Assembly (NCBI GenBank): GCA_043786935.1
Contig: JAYVVP010000121.1
Coordinates: forward strand, 1 to 35,151
Reading direction: 5' to 3'
DNA: 35,151 bases
DNA from: Pseudanabaena sp.
Lineage (GTDB): Bacteria; Cyanobacteriota; Cyanobacteriia; Pseudanabaenales; Pseudanabaenaceae
Shown here: in pieces, positions 7,820-18,660 of the stretch
Numbering within the stretch: position 1 is the first letter of the stretch
How the letters are laid out: each line of letters starts with the position of its first letter
Notes under the pieces: model-generated
Seen by the model: the letters and a program-made list of their open reading frames with translations, nothing else
Told to the model about the DNA's origin: nothing
Database searches by the model: none
Translations under genes and position numbers: made by a program

Positions 7820-10795
7820 CTAATCTTGGTAAGCTTCTATCGGTAAGCAAGAACATACAAAGTTGCGATCGCCAAAAGCATTATCGATACGTCCTACACT
7901 TGTCCAGAACTTATGCTCTTTTAGCCAAGGGGCTGGATAGGCGGCTTGATGGCGCGTGTAGGCATGATTCCAGTCATCAGCGAGTAAAGTTTCGGCGGTG
8001 TGTGGTGCATTTTTAAGAGGATTGTCGAGTTTGTCCATCGCACCAGACGCGATCGCATTGATTTCTTGCTTAATCGAGATCATCGCATCACAGTAGCGAT
8101 CAAGTTCTGCTTTTGATTCGCTTTCAGTTGGCTCGATCATCATCGTGCCTGATACTGGCCAAGAGACCGTCGGCGCATGGAATCCATAATCCATTAAACG
8201 CTTGGCAACATCATCAACTTCAATACCAGCAATAGTTTTACAATCATGTAAATCGATAATACATTCATGGGCGACTAAGCCATTTTTGCCTGTGTAGAGA
8301 ATTGGATAATGCGGGGCAAGGCGTTGTGCCATGTAGTTCGCGTTCAAAATCGCGACTTCCGTAGCAAGTTTTAAGCCCTTTGCTCCCATTAAGGCAATAT
8401 ACACCCACGAAATTGTGAGAATGCTAGCACTGCCCCAAGGAGCAGCGGAAATTGTAGTTGCTTCAAGATCGCCGCTAACAAGATCGCCATTAAATGGATG
8501 TTTTGGCAAAAATGGAACTAGCTGTGGTGCAACACAAATTGGTCCCATCCCAGGACCACCACCACCATGAGGAATGCAGAAAGTTTTGTGCAAGTTTAAG
8601 TGACAGACATCAGCGCCGATATCGCCTGGGCGGCAGAGACCGACTTGAGCATTCATGTTTGCTCCATCCATGTAAACTTGTCCCCCATAGTAATGAATAG
8701 TATCGCAAATATCGCGAATTGACTCTTCAAATACACCGTGAGTAGAGGGATAAGTCACCATTAGAGCCGCAAGTTGATGTTGATGTTTCTCGGCTTTCGC
8801 TTTGAGGTCATCTATATCAATATTGCCTTCATCGTCACAACTCACGGTGATAACTTTCATGCCAGCCATCACGGCGCTAGCGGGGTTTGTGCCATGGGCA
8901 GAAGTGGGGATTAGACAAATATGGCGATTAGTTTGTCCACGATGTTGATGGTATTCGCGAATCGTTAGTAACCCTGCGTATTCTCCCTGTGAGCCTGCAT
9001 TGGGCTGTAGAGATACGCCTGCAAAACCAGTGATTTCCGCTAACCAAGTTTCCAATTGTTGAAATAGAATTTGATAGCCTGTGGTTTGTTCTAGTGGTGC
9101 AAAGGGATGGATGTTACCAAATTCTGCCCATGTGACAGGAAGCATCTCTGAAGTAGCATTTAACTTCATCGTGCAAGAACCAAGAGGAATCATTGACGTG
9201 GTGAGCGATAAATCTTTTGATTGCAAACGATGGATATAACGCAGTAGTTCAGATTCTGAATGGTAGGAATTGAAAACTGGATGAGTGAGATAGGGCGTAT
9301 TCCGAGTAAGAGAATTAGGAATAGATTTTTTGTTAGAGATAGCGATCACGGTTTCTTCATCAGAGAATATTTCGATTAAGTCGGCTAAATCTTGCCTAGA
9401 GACAGTTTCATCTAGACTGATCGCGATCTCTTGATCTACTAAATAACGCAAATTAATCTGCTTAGTGGCTGCTTTAGCTCTAATCTGATCGCTAGAAATT
9501 CCCTTTAGTTCCACACGAATCGTATCGAAGAAAGCTTGATGAGTGACTGTATGTCCTAATTTTTCTAGATTTTGTGCAAGCGTTGTTGTTAGCAAATTTA
9601 CTCGTTGAGCAATCCTCTTTAATCCTTCCGCGCCGTGATACACCGCATACATACTAGCCATGATCGCTAACAGAACTTGAGCGGTACAAATGTTACTGGT
9701 AGCTTTGTCTCGGCGAATGTGCTGCTCGCGAGTTTGCAAGGCTAATCGCAGCGCAGGACGACCATGTACATCTTTAGAAACTCCGACCATGCGACCAGGC
9801 ATTTGACGTTTGTAAGCTTCTTTGGTTGCCATGTAGGCAGCGTGTGGCCCGCCATAACCAAACGGAACACCAAGTCTCTGTGCGCTACCGATCGCAATAT
9901 CTGCACCAAATTCCGCAGGCGCTTTAATCAAGGTAAGCGCTAATAAATCAGCCGCGACAATAGCTAGACCCCCATAAGCATGAATTTGAGCAATTACATC
10001 GGTGTAGTCATAAATTGCACCATCGCTAGCAGGATGTTGCAACAGAGCGCCGAAACAATGTTCGTCAAATATAAATTCGTCATGTTTGGCGATCGCTATT
10101 TCAATTCCTAAAGGGACGGCGCGAGTTTTCACGACTGCGATCGTTTGCGGATGGCAATCACTGGATACAAAGAATTTATTCCCTTTATTCTTGGCTAGTC
10201 CAGCCGCCATAGTCATTGCTTCAGCCGCCGCAGTTCCTTCATCTAATAGAGAAGCATTAGCAATTTCTAATCCTGTCAAATCGATAATCATGGTTTGGAA
10301 GTTGAGCAATGCTTCCAATCGACCTTGTGCGATTTCGGCTTGGTAAGGCGTGTACTGTGTATACCAACCTGGATTCTCAAGAATGTTTCGCTGAATAATC
10401 GGCGGCGTAATGCAGTTGTAGTAGCCTGTGCCAATATAAGAGCGCCAAACTTGATTTTTTGAAGCGATCGCCTTTAGTTCTTGCAGCAGTTCATATTCTC
10501 CTCTTGCTTCCCCTAACTGCAATGGCTGCTTAATCCGAATCGAAGCAGGTACAGTTTTTTCAATCATCTCATCAAGGGAATTACAGCCGATCGCAGTTAG
10601 CATTTGCTGAATCTCTGTAGAACTAGCGCCAATGTGACGGCTGACAAAACTATCGGTCGGCGCAAAAGCATCATCGCTTAAAGCATCGGTTAGATAATCA
10701 TCGGTTGCTGTATCGGGTGAAGAAGCTGGAACCCTCAATTTTTCTGTTTCTAGGATTGGAGAATCTTGGATTGTCATAGTAGAAGGTTCCAACAT
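7820..10795 (-). CDS. gcvP: Glycine dehydrogenase (decarboxylating), glycine cleavage P protein
   Basis: 991 aa with [35 protein letters not shown] and the PLP-lysine motif [18 protein letters not shown]. Confidence 0.98.
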   Translation of the reverse strand: MLEPSTMTIQDSPILETEKLRVPASSPDTATDDYLTDALSDDAFAPTDSFVSRHIGASSTEIQQMLTAIGCNSLDEMIEKTVPASIRIKQPLQLGEARGEYELLQELKAIASKNQVWRSYIGTGYYNCITPPIIQRNILENPGWYTQYTPYQAEIAQGRLEALLNFQTMIIDLTGLEIANASLLDEGTAAAEAMTMAAGLAKNKGNKFFVSSDCHPQTIAVVKTRAVPLGIEIAIAKHDEFIFDEHCFGALLQHPASDGAIYDYTDVIAQIHAYGGLAIVAADLLALTLIKAPAEFGADIAIGSAQRLGVPFGYGGPHAAYMATKEAYKRQMPGRMVGVSKDVHGRPALRLALQTREQHIRRDKATSNICTAQVLLAIMASMYAVYHGAEGLKRIAQRVNLLTTTLAQNLEKLGHTVTHQAFFDTIRVELKGISSDQIRAKAATKQINLRYLVDQEIAISLDETVSRQDLADLIEIFSDEETVIAISNKKSIPNSLTRNTPYLTHPVFNSYHSESELLRYIHRLQSKDLSLTTSMIPLGSCTMKLNATSEMLPVTWAEFGNIHPFAPLEQTTGYQILFQQLETWLAEITGFAGVSLQPNAGSQGEYAGLLTIREYHQHRGQTNRHICLIPTSAHGTNPASAVMAGMKVITVSCDDEGNIDIDDLKAKAEKHQHQLAALMVTYPSTHGVFEESIRDICDTIHYYGGQVYMDGANMNAQVGLCRPGDIGADVCHLNLHKTFCIPHGGGGPGMGPICVAPQLVPFLPKHPFNGDLVSGDLEATTISAAPWGSASILTISWVYIALMGAKGLKLATEVAILNANYMAQRLAPHYPILYTGKNGLVAHECIIDLHDCKTIAGIEVDDVAKRLMDYGFHAPTVSWPVSGTMMIEPTESESKAELDRYCDAMISIKQEINAIASGAMDKLDNPLKNAPHTAETLLADDWNHAYTRHQAAYPAPWLKEHKFWTSVGRIDNAFGDRNFVCSCLPIEAYQD

Positions 10796-10976
10796 AGATT
10801 TAGAGTGCAGAGCTTAATTTAAGTAATTGATTTCCATGCTATTACAAATTTATTACAAAGTGTTAAGCATAGATGCGTTTTTTGGCGATCGCTACGAGTA
10901 AAAGCAATTGTTCTCAGCTTTAGCGGCTTTTTCGTTAAAATCATAGTTGTAACTTGAGCTAAATCATCCCAAAACT

Positions 10977-11567
10977 ATGACCAGTCCCGTAACCATCGAA
11001 GATATTTATGAACTTTTTCGTATCTCTCAGCAAGAAGCCGATCGCCGTGCTAACGAAGCCGATCAGCGAGCTAACCAACTTGCAGCTGAAGCCGATCGCC
11101 GTATGCAAAAACTAGAACGTACTGTAGAAAACACAAATCGCGCTGTTAATGCTTTGACAACTCGCTGGGGAAGGTTTGTTGAAGAATTAGTGCGTCCTGC
11201 GGTTGTTCGTTTATTTCGGGAAAAAGGGATTAATGTTACGCGGACATTTCTGAGAATGAGGTCTGAGCGAGGAAATGTTCCGATGGAAATCGATGTATTT
11301 GGAGTAAATGGAATGAATGCGATCGCAGTTGAGTGTAAATCACGCTTATCTAGTGATGATGTGGATGAAATGTGTCAACGATTAAGTAATCTCAAGCAAG
11401 CTTTTCCTGAATATGGTAGCTATCGCATTTTTGGCGCGGTTGCAGGTATAGAAGTTGATGATAATGTGGGTCGTTATGCTTATCAAAAAGGATTATATGT
11501 GATTAAGCCATCAGGTGAAACAGTTGAGATAGTTAACGATGAGAAATTTCAAGCACTCTCTTGGTAA
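10977..11567 (+). CDS. Coiled-coil plus PD-(D/E)XK nuclease-fold protein (DUF3782-like cyanobacterial family)
   Basis: N-terminal EADRR repeats, WGRFVEE, MEID...VECKSRL nuclease-type motif, and GAVAG...YAYQKGLYVI tail. Confidence 0.75.
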   Translation: MTSPVTIEDIYELFRISQQEADRRANEADQRANQLAAEADRRMQKLERTVENTNRAVNALTTRWGRFVEELVRPAVVRLFREKGINVTRTFLRMRSERGNVPMEIDVFGVNGMNAIAVECKSRLSSDDVDEMCQRLSNLKQAFPEYGSYRIFGAVAGIEVDDNVGRYAYQKGLYVIKPSGETVEIVNDEKFQALSW

Positions 11568-11625
11568 TGCTGGTTAACATTTAAAATTTTAGTTTTTGAA
11601 ATATTCAATAAAGTCCAACTTAACG

Positions 11626-12525
11626 ATGAAACGACAAAATTTGGCTAAAAAATTTTCTAAGGAATTTTCTTGGACTCCCTACTTATTTTTACTGCCAGCG
11701 ATCGCCTTTCTTTGCTTGACATCATTTCTACCAGTATTGCAAGCAATTTATCTGAGTTTTACGAACTATGATTTTGTGGGTAGTCCAACTTTTAATGGAT
11801 GGCAAAACTATATAAATCTATGGCGCGATCGCACCTTTTGGAAAGTCTTAGGAAATACCTTGATTTATCTAGCTTTTGTCGTGCCTAGTCTAGTAATTTT
11901 ACCTCTTGCTCTAGCGATATTAGTTAATCAAAAATTACGCAACATCAAATTTTTTCGAGCAGTTTATTATTTTCCAGTAATTGTCTCGGTTGTAGTCGCA
12001 GGAATTGCTTGGAAATGGGTTTATGCTGAAAATGGCATCTTAAATTATTTCCTGTCTATCATCTCTTTTCAACCTGTTAAGGTTCCTTGGTTAACTGATC
12101 CTAAAACTGCTATTTTTGCAATTATTGCTGTCGTGATTTGGCGCGGTGTTGGTTATTATATGGTGATTTATTTAGCAGGTTTGCAAGCAATTCCTGCGGA
12201 TTTATATGAAGCAGCCGCAATCGATGGCTCTGATGGTTGGCAAAAACATTTTGATATTACAATTCCATTAATGCAGCCCTACATCATTCTCGTAAGTATA
12301 ATTTCTTCGATCTCTGCCATGAAAATCTTTGAAGAAGTTTATATCATGTCTCAAGGGGGACCAGCTAACAGCACTAAAACGGTTGTCTACTATTTATATG
12401 ACAAAGGATTTACGAGTTTAGAAATGGGATATGCTTCGGCGATTGGGGTATTTTTGTTTCTAATAATTTTTATGATTTCAATTTTTACTTTCAAATTTAT
12501 TAACCCTGCTAAAACTATTAGTTAA
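11626..12525 (+). CDS. Carbohydrate ABC transporter permease (LacF/UgpA type)
   Basis: About 6 TM helices and EAA loop LYEAAAIDG. ATG at 11626 preferred over TTG at 11596. Confidence 0.92.
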   Translation: MKRQNLAKKFSKEFSWTPYLFLLPAIAFLCLTSFLPVLQAIYLSFTNYDFVGSPTFNGWQNYINLWRDRTFWKVLGNTLIYLAFVVPSLVILPLALAILVNQKLRNIKFFRAVYYFPVIVSVVVAGIAWKWVYAENGILNYFLSIISFQPVKVPWLTDPKTAIFAIIAVVIWRGVGYYMVIYLAGLQAIPADLYEAAAIDGSDGWQKHFDITIPLMQPYIILVSIISSISAMKIFEEVYIMSQGGPANSTKTVVYYLYDKGFTSLEMGYASAIGVFLFLIIFMISIFTFKFINPAKTIS

Positions 12526-12583
12526 TCAAATTCTTCAATAAATACTTAGTTCTTTTATTTCAAAAAATTAATCTTGTTTCGTT

Positions 12584-13435
12584 ATGAAGAAAAAAAATCC
12601 GAAAGCTTTATCATCCAATATCTTAAATAATATTCCACAATTTATTCTTTTAATTGCGATCGCGACTTTAACTGTCTTCCCTTTACTTTGGTTAGTAAGC
12701 ACTGCTTTTAAATCGCCGAGTGAAAATATTTTTCAATCTGTACCGCAACTATTACCCACCCAGCCAACCTTCGATAATTTCATCAAAGTCTGGAAAAATG
12801 CTCGCTTTGATCTTTATCTATGGAATAGTTTTTTTGTCTCCAGCATCACCGTTATTTTAAATCTTCTTTTCTGCTCGCTCGCTGCTTTTCCCCTTGCCAG
12901 ACTAGATTTTAAAGGACGCGATCAGATTTTTTTGGCGATCGTTGGCACGACGATGATCCCGTTTCAAATTACGATGATTCCTCTTTATATTCTTGCTGTG
13001 CAGTTAAATCTCAAAAATACCTATGCTGGCTTGATTTTCCCCTACGTGATTTCAGCCTTCGGCATATTTCTATTGCGTCAGGCTTTTCAAAGCGTTCCTA
13101 AAGAAATGGAAGAAGCAGCGCGGATGGATGGTTGCTCTAGTCTGGGGATTTGGTGGCACGTTATGATGCCTGCGGCGCGTCCTGCCTTGACAACTCTCGC
13201 CGTATTTACCTTTGTGGCAATGTGGGGAGATTTTCTTTGGCCGTTGGCGATTGTTGATAAAGCTGAGCTTTATACTTTGCCACGCGGTATTGCTAGTCTT
13301 GCTAGTGCTTTTTCAGAAGATTGGCGTTTAATTGCCGCAGGATCGACGATCTCAATATTGCCAGTATTTATTGTTTTTGTGTTCTTACAACGCTACATCA
13401 TTCCTACTGATGCAAGTATTGGTGTGAAGGGATAA
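12584..13435 (+). CDS. Carbohydrate ABC transporter permease (LacG/UgpE type)
   Basis: EAA loop MEEAARMDG, WGDFLWP and TM helices. Confidence 0.92.
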   Translation: MKKKNPKALSSNILNNIPQFILLIAIATLTVFPLLWLVSTAFKSPSENIFQSVPQLLPTQPTFDNFIKVWKNARFDLYLWNSFFVSSITVILNLLFCSLAAFPLARLDFKGRDQIFLAIVGTTMIPFQITMIPLYILAVQLNLKNTYAGLIFPYVISAFGIFLLRQAFQSVPKEMEEAARMDGCSSLGIWWHVMMPAARPALTTLAVFTFVAMWGDFLWPLAIVDKAELYTLPRGIASLASAFSEDWRLIAAGSTISILPVFIVFVFLQRYIIPTDASIGVKG

Positions 13436-13486
13436 TTCTCAAGCATCTTAACCACTGCTCATCAGCAAATTATTAGGCGTAAATCT

Positions 13487-14083
13487 TTGTCAAAGATCTT
13501 TTCAAAGATATTTAAGGGAAAAGTCACAGCGACCCAAAAAGCACATTGGAGTTTTTTGCCTCTGTGGATTATGGCAACTGCGATCGGAACTTCATGTGGC
13601 GGCATAACTAGTGCCTTTGTCACCGACTATGTGAGAGGTGATTTCGGTGTTTTCCTTAGTTTCGCTGTGATGAGCATGGCGATCGCGTTGATGCAATGGC
13701 TAGTAATTAGAAGACAAATTCTTGGTATGGGATGGCTATTAACAACATTTCTGGGCGGTTCATTGGGCGGGGCTTTAAGTTCTTGGGTCAGTTTTCAGCT
13801 TGCATTCACTTATGGCGATGCCGCTGATTTTTTGACGATATATGCTTGTCTGCGTGGATTTTCAGTAGGATTAGCGCAATGGATACTTCTTAAGCAATAT
13901 TTTAGGGGAGCAGGCTGGTGGATTGCTGCCACTACAGCAAGTGCGTATATTAGCCTGACGATTGGTAGTTTACTGATATTCCAACTGGGATATTTTTTGA
14001 CGCTTTTGGTAGGTAGTATTTATGGAGTATTGACAGGAATCGTTTTACTTGTGTTTTTCTGGTCTAGGGGGCAATCAGACTAA
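13487..14083 (+). CDS. Hypothetical multi-pass membrane protein
   Basis: About 6 hydrophobic helices with a duplicated QW-L/V-x-x-R/K-Q...W motif. The start (TTG) is uncertain. Confidence 0.7.
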   Translation: MSKIFSKIFKGKVTATQKAHWSFLPLWIMATAIGTSCGGITSAFVTDYVRGDFGVFLSFAVMSMAIALMQWLVIRRQILGMGWLLTTFLGGSLGGALSSWVSFQLAFTYGDAADFLTIYACLRGFSVGLAQWILLKQYFRGAGWWIAATTASAYISLTIGSLLIFQLGYFLTLLVGSIYGVLTGIVLLVFFWSRGQSD

Positions 14084-14171
14084 TGTTGTTTCAATTTGTT
14101 TGCGTTGTATGAATCGCTTTGTAAGATGACGGTTATCAAACTCAGGCTAAACTAGGATGTTAAGTTCATAG

Positions 14172-16106
14172 ATGACACAAGGCATGGCACTTTTTACACT
14201 GCGATCGCTCAAAAAAGATTTTGGCATTAAAGAAATCCTCAAAGATGCGAGTTTTAGCCTTGATGAAGGCGATAAAGTTGGACTTATTGGCACAAATGGT
14301 TCAGGCAAATCTACATTACTGAAAATGATTGCCAAACTAGAGACATTTGATAGTGGCGACTTATGGATAAACTCTAGTGCCAAAATTATCTATTTGCCTC
14401 AGCAGCCTGACCTGAATGAAGAACTTACAGTTTTGGAGCAAGTGTTTGCTGACAGTGGCGAACAAATGTCGCTGGTCAAGGAATATGAAGAAATATCTGA
14501 TCAGTTATCGCATGGACATGGTGATCAAGATCGTCTATTAGCAAGGCTATCGAGCGTATCTGAGCGCATGGATGTGATGGGCGCTTGGGATTTGGAAACT
14601 GATGCCAAAATCATCTTGACGAAATTAGGCGTTGATGATTTGGAAGCGAAAATTGGCAGCTTATCAGGTGGATATCGTAAACGGATTGCGATCGCCTCCG
14701 CATTACTTTCCTCGCCCGATGTTTTGCTGATGGATGAGCCGACTAACCACCTTGATGCGCTCTCAGTGGAATGGCTCCAGAGCTACCTCAACCGCTATCG
14801 TGGTGCATTGCTATTAATTACTCACGATCGCTACTTTCTTGATAAGGTCACTAATCGAATTATCGAAATCGATCGCGGCGATTTATTTAACTATTCGGGA
14901 AATTATTCTTATTATTTAGAGAAAAAAGCCGAAGCTGAAGACTCCGCCGCCAGTACTCAACGCAAACATTCAGGACTATTACGCCGCGAATTAGAATGGC
15001 TGAAAAAAGGTCCTAAAGCTCGAAGTACTAAGCAAAAAGCCAGAATTGACCGCGCCCACGCTTTGCAAGCAACCGAATTTAAGCAAGCCAATGCCAAAGT
15101 CGATATCACCACATCAGGACGGCGCATCGGCAAAAAAGTTGTAGAACTTGATCGCATCGGTAAATCATATGGCGATCGCACTCTGATTAAAGACTTCTCA
15201 TACAACTTTACGCCCGAAGATCGTATCGGCATCATTGGTGCTAATGGCGCAGGTAAATCTACGCTGATGAACATGATCCTCGGCAATTTGCAGCCTGACG
15301 AAGGCACTGTAGAAATCGGAACAACTATCCATTTTGGTTATTTCGATCAACATTCTGACGACCTTGCCGAAAATGGCAATCTGCGTGTAATTGACTATCT
15401 CAAGAATGTTTCGGAACTCGTCAAAACCTCTGATGGCAGCGTAATCACCGCGTCGCAAATGCTAGAGCGATTTCTCTTCCCTGGCAATCAACAGTATGCA
15501 CCGATCAACAAACTTTCTGGTGGTGAGAAACGGCGCTTATTCCTTTTAAAAGTATTGATGGCGGCTCCAAATGTCTTGATCTTAGATGAACCGACTAACG
15601 ATCTTGATGTGCAAACTCTAGCAGTTTTAGAAGAATATCTTGAAGACTTTAATGGCTGTGTAATTGTAGTTTCTCACGATCGCTACTTCCTTGATCGGAC
15701 TGTGGATATGGTGTTCTCATTCGAGGCAGAAGGTGAGGTGCGTTTATATCCTGGTAATTATTCGATTTATTTGGAACATAAAAAAGACGAAGAAGAACAA
15801 GAAGGCAGTAAAACTAAAGAACAGAAAGTTAGTAATTCACAACCATTTGTTCCCGAAATCAAAAAGCCTAAAACCGAGAGTAAAAAGCCGTCTAAAGCTT
15901 CCTTTAAAGAGAAGCGCGAATACGAAGATCTTGAGCTAAAAATCCCTCAATTAGAAGCAGAGAAAATCCAAGTCGAGAAACAGCTTTATCATAATCCACC
16001 CACTGGTCATACAGAGGTTAAAAAATTAAGCGATCGCTTGGCTGAACTAACTAAATTAATCGAAAAATCAACCGAGCGTTGGCTAAACCTATCCGAACGG
16101 ATTTAA
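14172..16106 (+). CDS. ABC-F family ATP-binding protein (Uup-like)
   Basis: Two ABC domains (GTNGSGKS/LSGG/DEPTNHLD and GANGAGKS/LSGGEKRR/DEPTNDLD), linker GPKARSTKQKARI, C-terminal coiled coil, no TM. Confidence 0.93.
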   Translation: MTQGMALFTLRSLKKDFGIKEILKDASFSLDEGDKVGLIGTNGSGKSTLLKMIAKLETFDSGDLWINSSAKIIYLPQQPDLNEELTVLEQVFADSGEQMSLVKEYEEISDQLSHGHGDQDRLLARLSSVSERMDVMGAWDLETDAKIILTKLGVDDLEAKIGSLSGGYRKRIAIASALLSSPDVLLMDEPTNHLDALSVEWLQSYLNRYRGALLLITHDRYFLDKVTNRIIEIDRGDLFNYSGNYSYYLEKKAEAEDSAASTQRKHSGLLRRELEWLKKGPKARSTKQKARIDRAHALQATEFKQANAKVDITTSGRRIGKKVVELDRIGKSYGDRTLIKDFSYNFTPEDRIGIIGANGAGKSTLMNMILGNLQPDEGTVEIGTTIHFGYFDQHSDDLAENGNLRVIDYLKNVSELVKTSDGSVITASQMLERFLFPGNQQYAPINKLSGGEKRRLFLLKVLMAAPNVLILDEPTNDLDVQTLAVLEEYLEDFNGCVIVVSHDRYFLDRTVDMVFSFEAEGEVRLYPGNYSIYLEHKKDEEEQEGSKTKEQKVSNSQPFVPEIKKPKTESKKPSKASFKEKREYEDLELKIPQLEAEKIQVEKQLYHNPPTGHTEVKKLSDRLAELTKLIEKSTERWLNLSERI

Positions 16107-16120
16107 CATTAATTAAAATG

Positions 16121-16169
16121 AATATTGCGGTTTTCAAGTTATCGTAAATAAATTGTGAACCGCAATATT
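16121..16169. repeat. 12-bp perfect inverted repeat with 25-nt spacer
   Basis: AATATTGCGGTT at 16121-16132 and AACCGCAATATT at 16158-16169. Confidence 0.65.
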
Positions 16170-16209
16170 TTGGTATTTGTATTAGCTTGCAGGTTGGGGA
16201 AAAGCTTCA

Positions 16210-18657
16210 ATGACTAATCAAGCCTTAAACTGGAATCTAGCTCGTTTTGGGATAGAGCTTAAAAATCCTCGTTGGTGGATTGAAATTATTGTCATAGCTG
16301 CTGCCTATACGTCAGTCTCTTTGATAATAGTGAATACTCTACCTAAAAATCCTAATATCCCTTCGCCCATCTGGCCAGGTGCAGGGGTTGTGGTGGGATT
16401 ACTATTAAGTTGGGGGCGATCGCGATGGTTTGGAGTTTTTTTAGGAACACTTTGTTTTAATTATCATAAGAGAGGCTTAGCAGTCATATTCCCTCCTATA
16501 GGCGCAAGTATTGGTTCGACCCTCGGAGCCATGATCACAGTCTCACTAATTTTACATTTTACGCGCACTAGCTATCCCTTACGCCATGTTCGCCATGTAG
16601 TAATTCTTTCACTGTGTTCGATGTTTACGGGAACTATAGTTCAGCCAATTATTGGCATCCTTTCCTATAGTTCGTTTATGGCTAAGCTCTGGACTGACTT
16701 TCCAAAAGTCTTTTTTCATTGGTGGATTGGTGATTCAATTAGTGTTTTGCTTTTTGCGCCTCTCATTTTTGTGTGGTTGCGATCACTAAGAGATTCTAAG
16801 ATCAAATCTTGGCTAAATTGGGAAGTGATCGCAGTCCTGTCTAGTTTAACTATCATTTCCTATTTCTCGTTTTACAAGAGTGAACCGCTCGAATACCTAC
16901 TTTTGCCACCATTACTATGGTCAGCCTTTCGCTTGGGAGCTAAGTTTACTACCCTAATTGTAGTAATTGTCTCCCTGACCGCTACATATGCTACAGCTAG
17001 TAAGTTTGGGATTTTTTATAAGCCCGAAGTTGATGGTAATTCAGTTTTATTTCTGCAATTATTTATGGGTGTGATTGCAATCACCACATTGTCTGTCCTT
17101 GCGATCGTTTCTGAAAACGATCAAGCCAATCTGCGCTTAAAAAGAGCCAATATTGATTTAGAACAGAGAGTTATTGAACGTACTCACGAACTTCAAAAAA
17201 GTGAAGCTAATGCAAGAGAGCTAGCAACCAAAGCAGAATCCGCTAATCATGCCAAAAGTGCTTTTATTGCAAACATGAGCCACGAACTTCGATCGCCTCT
17301 AAATGCTGTAATTGGATTTTCGCAGTTAATGATGCGAACCCCAAAATTACCCACAGAACAGTATGAAAATGCAAGTATTATTAATCGCAGTGGTGATTAT
17401 TTATTAACACTTATAAACAATATTCTTGATCTATCAAAACTAGAAGCGGGCAAGTCATATCTCAATGTTCACAATTTTGATTTATATCATCTGCTAGACG
17501 ATATAGAAGATATGTTACAGATGCAAGCCACCAATGCGGGAATAAGTTTAAGCTTTGCGCGAGCGCATGATGTACCCCGTTATATTTGTACAGACGAAAC
17601 GAAGCTCCGTCAAGTCTTGATTAATTTGCTTAATAATGCGCTCAAATTTACTGAAGTGGGTACGGTTTTTTTGAGCCTAACAAATAGCAGTACAGATGTA
17701 AGTAGAGCCGACAATAACTGTATTTTGCATTTCAGTGTTCGAGATACGGGCGTAGGCATTGCCCCTGAAGAAATACCTAATTTATTTGTTTCTTTTTCTC
17801 AGGCTCAGGCTGGGAGAGAGAAGCAAGAAGGGACAGGTTTAGGTTTAGCGATTAGCCTCAAGTTTGTGCATTTAATGGGGGGAAATATAAGTGTCACTAG
17901 CGAATCTGGTAAAGGTACAACTTTCCAAGTTCAGATTCAAGCCCAACTAGGAAAAGAATTAATAGATGAGCGAACAGAACAAAGACGAACCCTAGCAATA
18001 GCTGCCGATCAGCCCATTTACAAAATTTTAGTTGTTGATGACAATCCCGACAATCGCCAATTATTGATCAAGATTCTGCGTCCTATGGGTTTTGAAGTTA
18101 AAGAAGCCAGTAATGGAAAAGAGGCGATCGCTATTTGGGATCGATGGGAACCACACTTAATTTGGATGGATATGCGAATGCCTGTAATGGATGGCTATGA
18201 AGCAACTCGTTATATTAAATCCACTACCAAAGGCAATGCAACCGCAGTGATTGCTTTAACAGCCAGTTCTATAGAAGAAGAAAGAACAATAGTGCTTTCG
18301 ACAGGATGTGATGACTTTCTACGCAAACCATTTAAAGAACAAGTTATTTTTGACACACTTGCCAAGCATCTTGGCGTTAAGTATATATACGAGCAAATTC
18401 CTGCTCATGAACATGAACTTGACATTTTTCAAGAAACAGCAATTTCATCAGAAAATTTAAAAATTATGTCAGACCAATGGATTATACGATTATATAAATC
18501 GGCTCTCGAAGCTGATAAAAGTCTCGTTATGCAAGTAATTGAAGAAATTCCTGACCAACAAACTTTTTTAGTGCGATCGCTAACCAGACTTGCACGTAAT
18601 TTCCAATTTGAAAAATTAATCGACTTAGCCGAACCTTTATTACCGAAAACTTATTAA
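16210..18657 (+). CDS. MASE1-domain hybrid sensor histidine kinase (MASE1-HisKA-HATPase-REC)
   Basis: MASE1 motifs PIWPGAG, WWIGD and PLLWSAFR. H-box MSHELRSPL, N-box NLLNNALKFT, G boxes DTGVG and GTGLGL. Receiver VVDD...WMDMRMP...KPF. Confidence 0.93.
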   Translation: MTNQALNWNLARFGIELKNPRWWIEIIVIAAAYTSVSLIIVNTLPKNPNIPSPIWPGAGVVVGLLLSWGRSRWFGVFLGTLCFNYHKRGLAVIFPPIGASIGSTLGAMITVSLILHFTRTSYPLRHVRHVVILSLCSMFTGTIVQPIIGILSYSSFMAKLWTDFPKVFFHWWIGDSISVLLFAPLIFVWLRSLRDSKIKSWLNWEVIAVLSSLTIISYFSFYKSEPLEYLLLPPLLWSAFRLGAKFTTLIVVIVSLTATYATASKFGIFYKPEVDGNSVLFLQLFMGVIAITTLSVLAIVSENDQANLRLKRANIDLEQRVIERTHELQKSEANARELATKAESANHAKSAFIANMSHELRSPLNAVIGFSQLMMRTPKLPTEQYENASIINRSGDYLLTLINNILDLSKLEAGKSYLNVHNFDLYHLLDDIEDMLQMQATNAGISLSFARAHDVPRYICTDETKLRQVLINLLNNALKFTEVGTVFLSLTNSSTDVSRADNNCILHFSVRDTGVGIAPEEIPNLFVSFSQAQAGREKQEGTGLGLAISLKFVHLMGGNISVTSESGKGTTFQVQIQAQLGKELIDERTEQRRTLAIAADQPIYKILVVDDNPDNRQLLIKILRPMGFEVKEASNGKEAIAIWDRWEPHLIWMDMRMPVMDGYEATRYIKSTTKGNATAVIALTASSIEEERTIVLSTGCDDFLRKPFKEQVIFDTLAKHLGVKYIYEQIPAHEHELDIFQETAISSENLKIMSDQWIIRLYKSALEADKSLVMQVIEEIPDQQTFLVRSLTRLARNFQFEKLIDLAEPLLPKTY

Positions 18658-18660
18658 TCT

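Noticed and set aside
10796-10976. Glycine riboswitch upstream of gcvP
   Set aside because: The 180-bp AT-rich divergent spacer shows no recognisable GGAGA...CCGAAG...CTCTCAGG aptamer elements on the minus strand.
14172-16106. ATPase subunit of the neighbouring sugar ABC importer
   Set aside because: The tandem ABC domains, linker and C-terminal coil identify an ABC-F/Uup protein, not a MalK-type subunit.
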